From NCBI GenBank assembly GCA_963753445.1, contig CAVWCG010000003.1:100592-164591 (forward strand): DNA of 64,000 nt. The letters run 5' to 3'. Both the position numbers and the translations under genes were made by a program. This document shows, piece after piece, positions 54,060-62,282 of the stretch. The stretch is from an uncultured Actinomycetes bacterium. Lineage in GTDB: Bacteria > Actinomycetota > Thermoleophilia > Solirubrobacterales > 70-9. Under the pieces are notes generated by a model. That model saw only the letters and a program-made list of their open reading frames with translations. It had not been told where the DNA came from and did not search any database. Each line of letters opens with the position of its first letter. Positions within the stretch are counted from its first letter, which is position 1.

Positions 54060-54521
54060 ATGAAGACCGCCGCCGAGATCATGGATGCCGACGTTCCCAG
54101 CGTCACCGCGGACGACGACGCGCGCGCCGCGATCGACCTGCTCTCGAAGACCGAGCTGGGCGCCGTCGCGGTGGTCGACGACGACCGCAAGGTGGTCGGC
54201 ATCGTCAGCGAGTCGGACCTGATCCTGGCCGACGAGGAGTCCGATCTGCACCTGCCGCACTACGTCAACATCATGGGCGGGATCGTCTTCATCGGCTCGA
54301 TGAAGGGCTTCGAGAAGCGGCTGGAAAAGGCCTTCGCGACGAAAGTGTCGGAGCTGATGAGCGCCGACCCGATCGTCGCCCATACCTACGAGGCGGCCGA
54401 CCGGGTGGCGAAGAAGATCGCCGACCACCACCACAACCACCTGCCGGTAGTCGACGAAGACGGGCGGCTCGCGGGCATGGTCACGCGGGCCGACGCGCTC
54501 GCCGCCGTCGTCGACGGCTAG
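54060..54521 (+). CDS. CBS-pair domain protein
   Basis: ORF 54060..54521, 153 aa, with two CBS repeats (VVDDDRKVVGIVSESDL and VVDEDGRLAGMVTRADAL). Confidence 0.85.
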   Translation: MKTAAEIMDADVPSVTADDDARAAIDLLSKTELGAVAVVDDDRKVVGIVSESDLILADEESDLHLPHYVNIMGGIVFIGSMKGFEKRLEKAFATKVSELMSADPIVAHTYEAADRVAKKIADHHHNHLPVVDEDGRLAGMVTRADALAAVVDG

Positions 54522-54523
54522 TC

Positions 54524-55645
54524 ATGGAGCGGGCGCTCGCCCGGATCGATCTCGGCGCCCTCCGCGCCAACTGCGAACGCCTGCGCGCCGAGCTCGGCGA
54601 GGCGAAGCTCTGCGCGGTGGTGAAGGCCGACGGCTACGGCCACGGCGCCGACGCGGTCGCCGAGGCGGCGCTCTCCGGCGGCGCCTCCAGCTTCGCGGTG
54701 GCGACCGCGGGCGAGGCGCGGCTGATCGGGCGGCGCCTCCAGCACATGCCGCTGCTGACGATGGGGGCGCTGAGCGCGAGCGAGGTCGACGTCGTTCTCG
54801 CCGCCGGTTCGGAGGTCGGCGTCTGGAGCGAGGGCTTCCGCTCGCTGCTCGCCGATCGGGCGCGGGCGATGGGCCGCCCCGCCCGCGTGCACATCAAGCA
54901 CGACAGCGGCATGGGGCGACTGGGGACCTTCGACCCGGGCGAGGTGCTCGCCCTGGCGCGCGCCTGCGACGCCGACCCCTACCTGCAGATGGCCGGGGTC
55001 TGGACCCACTTCGCCACCGCCGACGAACCCGACGACGACGAGGGCTGCTTCTTCGAGCAGCTCGACCGCTTCGAGCCGGTCGCCGCCGCGGTCCGCGCCG
55101 AGTTCCCCGGCGTCACCGTCCACGCCGCCAACAGCGCCGCCGTCTTTCGCTCCGATCGCTCCCACTTCGATATGGCCCGCTGCGGGGTCGCGATCTACGG
55201 GCTCGACCCCTTCCAGGACGACCCCCGCGCCCGCGGCCTCGCCCCGGTGCTCTCGCTCACCTCCTACGTCGCCGCGGTGAAGCGCTTTCCGGCCGGGCAG
55301 AGCGCCGGCTACGGGCGCCGCTGGCGGGCGCCGGAGGACACCTGGGTCGGCGTCGTGCCGATCGGCTACGGCGACGGGGTGCGGCGGGCGCTCGGCAACG
55401 ACTGCGACGTGCTGGTCGGCGGCAAGCGATACCGGCTGGTCGGCACCGTCTCGATGGACAACCTGACGATCGACCTCGGTCCCGAGACCGCGGTCGAGGT
55501 GGGGGAGGAGGCGGTCCTGATCGGCCGCCAGGGCGAGGCCGAGATCCGCGCCGAGGAGATCGCCGCCCGCCTCGACACGATCAACTACGAGGTGACCTGC
55601 GCGATCTCGGCGCGGGTGCCCCGGGTCCCCTGGGAGCCCGCGTGA
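54524..55645 (+). CDS. alr: alanine racemase
   Basis: ORF 54524..55645, 373 aa, with PLP-lysine context AVVKADGYGHG. Confidence 0.92.
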   Translation: MERALARIDLGALRANCERLRAELGEAKLCAVVKADGYGHGADAVAEAALSGGASSFAVATAGEARLIGRRLQHMPLLTMGALSASEVDVVLAAGSEVGVWSEGFRSLLADRARAMGRPARVHIKHDSGMGRLGTFDPGEVLALARACDADPYLQMAGVWTHFATADEPDDDEGCFFEQLDRFEPVAAAVRAEFPGVTVHAANSAAVFRSDRSHFDMARCGVAIYGLDPFQDDPRARGLAPVLSLTSYVAAVKRFPAGQSAGYGRRWRAPEDTWVGVVPIGYGDGVRRALGNDCDVLVGGKRYRLVGTVSMDNLTIDLGPETAVEVGEEAVLIGRQGEAEIRAEEIAARLDTINYEVTCAISARVPRVPWEPA

Positions 55646-57054
55646 GCCTCGCCGACGACCTGCGCGCCGCCAGGTTGCCGGCGGCGGTGAGCCGGGCGCT
55701 GGGCGGGGGAGTTGGGGTCTGGGTCGCCGGCGGCGCGGTCCGCGACGCGGCGCTCGGCCGCGACGTCGTCGACCTCGACCTGGCGGTGGCGGGCGACCCC
55801 GGCGCGGTCGCCAAGGCGCTCGGCCGTGAGCTCGGCGAGCCCGCCTTCGAGCTCTCCGCCGAGTTCCGGACCTGGCGCGTCGTCGCTGCGGGCCGCGGTT
55901 GGCAGGTCGACGTGACCGCGCTTCGCGGCGGCTCGATCGAGGCCGACCTCGCCGCCCGCGACTTCACCGTCGGCGCGGTCGCGGTGCCGCTCGGCGCGGG
56001 CGAGGCGATCGACCCCTTCGAGGGCCTCGCCGACCTCGACCGCGGCGTGCTCCGCGCCGTCGGTCCCGCCGCCTTCACCGACGACCCGCTGCGCCTGCTG
56101 CGGGCGGCCCGGCTGGCCGCCGAGCTGAACCTGCGGATCGACCCGGGGACGGTCGCGCTCGCCCACGACGCCGCCGCGCTCGCCGCCGACCCGGCGGGCG
56201 AGCGCCAGCTGGCCGAGTTGCGCCAACTGCTCGGCGGCCCGGCGCCGCTGCGCGGCCTCGAGCTGCTCGACGAGCTCCGCCTCACCGCCGTCGTCCTGCC
56301 CGAGCTGGAGGGGACGAAGGGCGTCGAGCAGGGGCCGAACCACCACCGCGACGTCCACGGCCACACGCTCGAGGTGCTCGAGCGCACGCTCGAGATCGAG
56401 GCCGACCTGGCCCGCTTCGTCGGCGACGAGCGCGCCGCCGAAGCCGCCGCCTACCTGGCCGAGCCGCTCGCCGACGAGATGGACCGCACCGTCGCCCTGC
56501 GCTTCGGCGCCCTCCTCCACGACATCGCCAAGCCCGCGACCCGCCGGGAGCGCGACGGCTTCGTCGGCTTCAAAGGCCATGACGTCGAGGGGGCGACGAC
56601 GATCGGCGAGATCATGGGCCGCCTTCGTGCCTCGCGCCGACTCACCCGCTACCTGCAGGCGCTGACCCTGCACCACCTGCGGCTCGGCTTCATGGTCCCC
56701 GAGGCGCCGCTGCCGCCGCGCCGCGTCCACGAGTACCTGCGCGCCACCGAACCGGTCGCCGTCGACGTCACTCTGCTCACCGTCGCCGACCGCCTCGCCG
56801 CCCGCGGCGCCGGCCCGATCGCCCGCCCCGAGATGGTCCAGGCCCACCTCGACCTCGCCCGCGAAATGGTCGCCGCGGCGCTCGACTGGTTGCGCGACGG
56901 CCCGCCCGAGCCCCTTCTGCGCGGCGACGAGCTCGCCGCCGAGCTCGGCATCGAGGGCCCCGAGATCGGCGCGAAGCTGGCCGAGCTCGAGGCGGCGCAG
57001 TATGCAGGCGAGATCACGGATCGGGCCGGCGCGCTCGGCTTGCTGCGCGGGTGA
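55642..57054 (+). CDS. cca: CCA-adding enzyme / poly(A) polymerase family nucleotidyltransferase with HD domain
   Basis: ORF 55642..57054 has a GTGA overlap. It contains WVAGGAVRDAALGRDVVDLDLAV, FTDDPLRLLRAARLA and an HD region (HHRDVHGHTLEV...LLHDIAK). Confidence 0.85.
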   Translation: MSLADDLRAARLPAAVSRALGGGVGVWVAGGAVRDAALGRDVVDLDLAVAGDPGAVAKALGRELGEPAFELSAEFRTWRVVAAGRGWQVDVTALRGGSIEADLAARDFTVGAVAVPLGAGEAIDPFEGLADLDRGVLRAVGPAAFTDDPLRLLRAARLAAELNLRIDPGTVALAHDAAALAADPAGERQLAELRQLLGGPAPLRGLELLDELRLTAVVLPELEGTKGVEQGPNHHRDVHGHTLEVLERTLEIEADLARFVGDERAAEAAAYLAEPLADEMDRTVALRFGALLHDIAKPATRRERDGFVGFKGHDVEGATTIGEIMGRLRASRRLTRYLQALTLHHLRLGFMVPEAPLPPRRVHEYLRATEPVAVDVTLLTVADRLAARGAGPIARPEMVQAHLDLAREMVAAALDWLRDGPPEPLLRGDELAAELGIEGPEIGAKLAELEAAQYAGEITDRAGALGLLRG

Positions 57055-57072
57055 GGTACCCTCCCGGACCGC

Positions 57073-57291
57073 ATGGCTAAAGAGGAAAAGATCGAAATGG
57101 AGGGAGAGATCACCGAGGCTCTCCCCAACACGATGTTCCGGGTCAAACTGGACAACGGACACGATGTGCTCGGTCACATCTCCGGCAAGATGCGCCGCCA
57201 CTACATCCGCATCCTGCCCGGCGACCGCGTGAAGATCGAGCTGAGTCCTTACGACCTCGACCGCGGCAGAATCACCTATCGCTACAAATAG
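57073..57291 (+). CDS. infA: translation initiation factor IF-1
   Basis: ORF 57073..57291, 72 aa, beginning [41 protein letters not shown]. Confidence 0.95.
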   Translation: MAKEEKIEMEGEITEALPNTMFRVKLDNGHDVLGHISGKMRRHYIRILPGDRVKIELSPYDLDRGRITYRYK

Positions 57292-57380
57292 GCGCCTGAC
57301 GGCGTCCTCGGTCGTTCGCCTCGGGTCACGCACAGGTGTGCGCTCCCCGCGGCTCGCTTCCCTGCGTCCTTGTCAGACGT
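57292..57380 (+). repeat. stop-codon-associated structured repeat, copy E
   Basis: It starts at the infA stop. It reads gcgcctgac-GGCGTCCTCGGTCGTTCGCCTCGGGTCACGCACAGGTGTGCGCTCCCC...CCCTGCGTCCTTGTCAG and is very close to copy D. Confidence 0.7.
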
Positions 57381-57480
57381 CTCTTTGAAGCGGTAGGCCG
57401 GGCTCGGCCGCGGCTCGATGTCCGCCCCTGGGTGGCAGCGCGCGGCCGGCTGTCGCCTCGACCGCGCTCCGGGGGGAGGT

Positions 57481-57640
57481 GAGAAAGGTCGACCGCGGCC
57501 CGTCAGGGACCGTGGCCCATGAGGTGCTCAGGTGCGGTCGACCTTTGGCCCGCCCTCGGCCGTGCGGTCGTCCTTTGGCCCGTTGTCAGGGTCAAAGGAC
57601 GACCGCGGTTCAATGTCCGGGCCAAAGGACGACCGCGGGT
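57481..57640. repeat. cluster of five 17-19 bp units arranged as 30-bp tandem pairs in inverted orientation
   Basis: The units are F0 57481-57500, R1 57532-57550, R2 57562-57580, F1 57590-57608 and F2 57620-57638. The core is AAAGG(A/T)CGACCGCGG or its complement. Confidence 0.75.
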
Positions 57641-58800
57641 CCGCGAGCTCCGCGATCAAAGCGGACCAGGCGAACTCCTTGGCGCCGAGGCCGGTGCCGT
57701 CGCGCGGGTCGTAGTACTCGCGCAGCCCTGAGCGGTCGACGGCGCCGATGACGCCGGCGGCGAGGCCTTCGGCCTCCTCGAGGTAGCCGAGCCGGCGCAT
57801 CCCCAGCCAGACCAGCCAGGCTCGCGTTGATCCAGGTCGGGCCACGCCAGTAGCGGCGGATCGGGCCGCGGCTGCCGCCCGGCTCGCAGCTGCGCTCCGC
57901 GACCGATACGGAGGGCGGCGCCACCGGGGTGAGGAACTCACGCTGGTTCAGCAGGTGCTCCTCGACGAGCCGCCGGCCGATCGGCTCGGGCAGGTCGGGC
58001 AGCGCCAGCGGCGCCAGGCTCGCCCAGGTGACCGGGGAGGGGCGGAGGCCGCCCGGCTGGGCCTCGTCGACGAAGAGCCCGCGCTCCTCGTCCCAGAGCC
58101 GCTCGACCAGCGCCGGCGTCGCCGACGGCCGCCCGAGGCTCTGCAGCGCGAGCGACCAGAACGTGTTGACCAGCGTCTCGCAGAGGACCGGGCCACCGCG
58201 GTCGCGGATCCGCCGCGCGTCCCAGCCGAGCCGGCGGTTGCGCGCGACCAGCAGGGGGAAGCCGGCGCGGCCGCCGGAGCGGCGCCCCCAGACCGGTTCG
58301 AACTTGGGCGAGGCGTCGAGCCCCGACTCGTCGGGCTGGACGATCCAGAGCAGGCCGTCGCCCTCGAGGTCGCGATTGGCGAGCAGCCAGTCGGCCTGGG
58401 CGCCGATCCGCGGCTCCGCGGCGGGGTCGCCGACCGCGATCCGCCAGGCCCACGCCAGCAGCGGCGGCTGGATCGACTCGGTCTGCCGCGCCGTCCGGGT
58501 GGCGACGTTGTAGAAGGCGCGCCTGATCCCGGCGACCGGCCGCCCCCAGAAGATCGTGTGGCCGATGAAGCCGCCGGGGCGCTGGACGGCGAGCAGGCTC
58601 TCCAGCTCGGCCCGCGAGCGGCCCGGCTCGAAGCGCCGGTTGACGATCGCCGCGAAGCAGGAGTCCCAGTACCACTGCCACGGATAGCGGCCTGGGCTCG
58701 GTTCGGTGTAGGCGTAGCAGATGCCGTCAGCCTCGCCTTCGCGCCAGTTCTGGCGGAGGACCCGCTCGGCCTCGGCGAGGGCGCGTTCGGCGTCGTCCAT
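57528..58800 (-). CDS. six-hairpin glycoside hydrolase (GH63/MGH1-like), frame-disrupted near 57820, tail runs into the repeat cluster
   Basis: ORF 57610..58800 contains YPWQWYWDSCFAAI and ends with ...RYWRGPTWINAS. It continues in ORF 57528..57941 as WLVWLGMRRLGYLEEAEGL...EYYDPRDGTGLGAKEFAWSAL. The span is 3n+1 nt. Confidence 0.75.
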
Positions 58801-58829
58801 GCGCGCCGCAGGCTATCGACGCCCGCCGA

Positions 58830-58868
58830 GTTCGCAGTTTTCGTCGCTATGCGGTGATAACTGCGAAC
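58830..58868. promoter_or_regulatory. 10-bp perfect inverted repeat in a divergent promoter region
   Basis: The arms gttcgcagtt and aactgcgaac are separated by 19 nt. The site lies between the glycosidase gene start and the secreted-protein gene. Confidence 0.3.
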
Positions 58869-58984
58869 GCGCGCCCGGCGTGGCTCAGATCGTGCAGCGG
58901 GCGCCGCGAGCGGGCATCCCGGCGCCGGGCTCGGCAAGATTGGGCGCCGCAACTGGCCCGTTGGCCCGGTGTTGCCAGGTACTC

Positions 58985-59755
58985 ATGCTCATTTCGTCCA
59001 CCCACAGCCGCCGCGCCGCCCTGGCCCTTGCCGCCGCGGCCTGTCTGCTCGTCGGCCTGGTCGCCGCCGTGCGCCCCGGCTCGGCCGCCTCGGCGCCGCT
59101 GACCGTCACCGTGCTCGGCCAGACCGCGGAAACGCCGCCCGCCTCCTGCCCGGGCAAAATCGTCAACAACGTCGAGGTCACGCCCTGCCGGGTCGAGGGC
59201 CACGTCACCGGCTTCCAGTCGATCGCCGACGGCATCGCGCGCCCCTACGAGGCCCCCTACGAAGGCAAGATCGTCGCCTGGTCGATCACCCTCGCCAAGC
59301 CCTCGACCACGGAAACCGCGACGACCACCAACGAGGTCGGCTTCTTCGACGAATTCCTCGGTGAACCGTCGGAGGCCAGGATCGGGATCCTCAAGCCGAT
59401 CGAAGGCACCAATCCGCCCCAGTACACGCTGGTCCGGCAGAGCCCGCTCGAGGTGCTCAACCCCTACTTCGGCTCGACCCCCGTCTTCGCGCTCAAGCAT
59501 CCCCTGACGGTCCTCCAGGGTCAGGTCGTCGCCCTCACCGTCCCGACCTGGGCGCCGATGTTCGCCTTCAACGTCTCCAGCGAAAACACCTGGCGCGGCA
59601 GCCGCCTGCCGGAACACTGCTCGTCCAAAGAAGACATCCAGGACGGCCACCCGCAGCAGGGCGTCGGCAAGACCAAGACCTACGGCTGCTACTACTCGAA
59701 CGCGCGGCTGCTCTACACCGCGACGCTCGTCAAAAACCCCAAAGCCGCGGAATAG
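58985..59755 (+). CDS. secreted hypothetical protein
   Basis: ORF 58721..59755, with the start at ATG 58985. The signal peptide is MLISSTHSRRAALALAAAACLLVGLVAAVRPGSAASA. It has several Cys. No family recognised. Confidence 0.7.
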   Translation: MLISSTHSRRAALALAAAACLLVGLVAAVRPGSAASAPLTVTVLGQTAETPPASCPGKIVNNVEVTPCRVEGHVTGFQSIADGIARPYEAPYEGKIVAWSITLAKPSTTETATTTNEVGFFDEFLGEPSEARIGILKPIEGTNPPQYTLVRQSPLEVLNPYFGSTPVFALKHPLTVLQGQVVALTVPTWAPMFAFNVSSENTWRGSRLPEHCSSKEDIQDGHPQQGVGKTKTYGCYYSNARLLYTATLVKNPKAAE

Positions 59756-59759
59756 CGGC

Positions 59760-59777
59760 GGCGCGCTAGAGCGCGCC
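59760..59777. terminator. short GC hairpin between convergent genes
   Basis: The hairpin is ggcgcgc-taga-gcgcgcc. It overlaps the stop of the minus-strand zinc-ribbon gene. Confidence 0.4.
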
Positions 59778-60029
59778 CTGGCGCAGCCCGCAGTACGGGC
59801 AGTCCGAGACGTCGATGCCGATCAGCTGATCGCAGCGGCGGCAGGCCCGCAGGTTCTCGGGGCTGCGGGGCAGGGCCGAGGCGGAGGGGGCCAGAGGGAG
59901 GACCATCGCGACGGGGAACATCTCCTCGCCGGTCTCGCGGTCACGGTAGATCTGACCCGGCTCGGTGGGGGCGATCGCCTCGCGGCCGGAGGCCGGGGCG
60001 CGCATCCTGAAGAGCTGCTTCTCATTCAT
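59766..60029 (-). CDS. 87-aa zinc-ribbon-like protein
   Basis: This is the C-terminal part of ORF 59766..60818, from ATG 60029: MNEKQLFRMRAP...CRRCDQLIGIDVSDCPYCGLRQGAL. It has two CxxC pairs. Confidence 0.55.
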   Translation of the reverse strand: MNEKQLFRMRAPASGREAIAPTEPGQIYRDRETGEEMFPVAMVLPLAPSASALPRSPENLRACRRCDQLIGIDVSDCPYCGLRQGAL

Positions 60030-60062
60030 CGCCGCACAGACTAATAGCTTGCCCGGAAAGAG

Positions 60063-61408
60063 ATGCGCCTCCTCATCTTCCACGGCTACATGCTGCGCGG
60101 CACCGGCAGCAACATCTACAACGTCAACCTGGCGCCGGCCCTGGCGCGCCTCGGCCACGAGGTCCACCTGCTCTGCCAGGACCGCGAGGTCAAGATCCCC
60201 GGCGTCCAGATCCACAACCCGGACATCGGCGGGCTCCTGCCGGTCTACGTGAAGGACCCCTACCCGGGCTTCGAGGTGAAGGCCTTCGACGAGCTGACCG
60301 AGGCCGAGCTCGCCCGCTACGTCGACTCCAACGTCGCCGCCGTCCGCGAGGTCGCCGCGGAGGTCGGGGGAATCGACGCCGCGCTCGCCAACCACCTGGT
60401 GATGGGCCCGGCGATCCTCGCCCGCGCCGACGTCGCTCCCTTCGCCGCCAAGATCCACGGCTCCGCCCTCGAGTACACGGTCAAACCGCACCCGCGCTTC
60501 CTCCCCTACGCCTATGAGGGGATGGAGGCCGCCCAGGGGGTCCTGGTCGGCTCGGCCCACACCGGCGAATCGCTCTGGGCGGCCCTCCCGGACCTGCCCC
60601 GGCTGGGGGACAAGACGCGCCTCGGACCACCCGGCGTCGACGTCGAAGAGTTCGCCCCCGGCGAAGCGGGGCGCGAGCGCCTCGTCGTCTTCGTCGGCAA
60701 GCTGATCGTCGCCAAGGGGGTCGACCTGCTCTTGGCCGCCTGGCCGCTGGTCCACGCCAAGCACCCCGGGGTCCGCCTCCAGCTCGCCGGCTTCGGTGCC
60801 TACGAGGACGGGCTGCACCGGCTCCAGGCGGCGCTCGACCGCGGCGACCTCGACGATGCCCGCGCCGTCGCCGCCGCCGGTCGGGGTCTCGAAGGGGGGA
60901 GGAGGAGCCGCTGCCGATCCTCGCCGCCTTCCTCGCCGACCCGCCCCCGGGCTACGCCGAGGCGGCCCGCGCCGCGGCGGGTTCGGCCGAGTGGATCGGC
61001 CGCCTCGAGCACGACCAGGTCGCCGGCCTCCTGCCCCGGGCGGAGGCGCTGGTGATGCCGAGCACCTTCCCCGAGGCGTTCGGGATGGTCGCGGTCGAGG
61101 CCGCCGCCTGCGGTGCCCTGCCGGTCTCGGCCGGCCACTCGGGGATGCGCGAGGTCTCGCGCCGGCTCGCCGTCGGCCAGCCGGACGCGGTCGCGCCGCT
61201 CACCTCCTTTCCGGCCCGGCCCGGCGCCGTCGAGGCGATCGCCGACCGCCTCGACCGCTGGTTCGACCTCCCCGAGCAGAGCCGCGCCGAGGCCCGCGCG
61301 ACGCTGGTCGAGACCGTCGCCCGCCTCTGGAGCTGGGAGGGAGTCGCCCGCGGCGTGCTCGACGCCGCCGCCGGAAACCTAGGCGGGCTGCCGCTCCCTG
61401 CCCCCTAG
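60063..61408 (+). CDS. GT-B glycosyltransferase (GT4-like), frame-disrupted in a G6 run
   Basis: ORF 60063..61055 is convincing up to ...AAAGRGLEGG. The frame of ORF 61052..61408, extended backwards, gives EEEPLPILAAFLADPPPGYAE...LVMPSTFPEAFGMVAVEAAACGALPV. The break is at GGGGGG 60894-60899. The span is 3n+2 nt. Confidence 0.8.
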
Positions 61409-61458
61409 TTGCGGGAGTCATTTGACCCGCGAAAGCGTCCCGCCGCCGCTTCAATAGA

Positions 61459-62268
61459 ATGCCGCGCGGTTTGATTTCCGACCGCCTCCCGATAGCCAAA
61501 ATGGCCGCTGCCGTCGTTGCATTGGCGGCGGCGATCTCGGCGGTGATGCTGTCGATCAACTGGAACGGCGCGGAGGATTCGACCGCTGCCCCGAAGATCG
61601 ACGACCTGCTGAACATCATGATCGTGCTGTCGTCGATCGTCTTCTCGGTCGTCGTCGTCGCCCTCGGCTACGCGCTCTACAAATTCCGCGCGAAACCAGG
61701 TGACGAATCGGACGGCGAGCCGATCCACGGCAACACCCGCCTCGAGATCGCCTGGACGGTCGTGCCGACGATCATCGTGCTCTTCGGCGGTGGCTGGAGC
61801 TGGAAAGTCCTCGACGAAATCGAAGAACCGGTCGCCAACCAGATGACCGTCGACGTGTTCTCGCAGCAGTACTACTGGTCCTTCGGCTACCCGGAAGACC
61901 ACTACGCCTACTCGCGCGACGTCCTCCACGTGCCGGTGAACCGGCAGATCGCCTTCAAGATGCACTCCCAGGACGTCATCCACTCCTTCTGGGTCCCGCA
62001 ATGGCGGATCAAGAAAGACAACGTCCCGGGCATCACGACGACCGCGATCGTCACCCCGGACAAGGTCGGGACCTACCAGCTGATCTGCACCGAGCTCTGC
62101 GGCTTCGGCCACGCCACGATGCGGGCCAAAGTGATCGTCCAGTCGGAAGCGGCGTTCGAGAAATGGCTCAAAGGCCTGAAAGAAAGAGTGCCCACGCCGC
62201 TGATGGTGTCGGTCAAGCAAGACACGGAGACCAATCCCGAACCGCTCGAAAGGGTGGAAGCGGAATAA
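61459..62268 (+). CDS. ctaC: cytochrome c oxidase subunit II
   Basis: ORF 61459..62268 has the CuA motif HSFWVPQWRIKKD...CTELCGFGHATM. The start may instead be the internal MAAAVV methionine at 61501. Confidence 0.9.
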   Translation: MPRGLISDRLPIAKMAAAVVALAAAISAVMLSINWNGAEDSTAAPKIDDLLNIMIVLSSIVFSVVVVALGYALYKFRAKPGDESDGEPIHGNTRLEIAWTVVPTIIVLFGGGWSWKVLDEIEEPVANQMTVDVFSQQYYWSFGYPEDHYAYSRDVLHVPVNRQIAFKMHSQDVIHSFWVPQWRIKKDNVPGITTTAIVTPDKVGTYQLICTELCGFGHATMRAKVIVQSEAAFEKWLKGLKERVPTPLMVSVKQDTETNPEPLERVEAE

Positions 62269-62282
62269 TGGAGGCGAAGTAG

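Noticed and set aside
57481-57640. Whether the 30-bp-period repeats are a small CRISPR array.
   Set aside because: There are only two units per orientation. The units are inverted relative to each other. Spacers are about 11 nt, and no cas genes or leader are present. A palindromic repeat cluster fits better.
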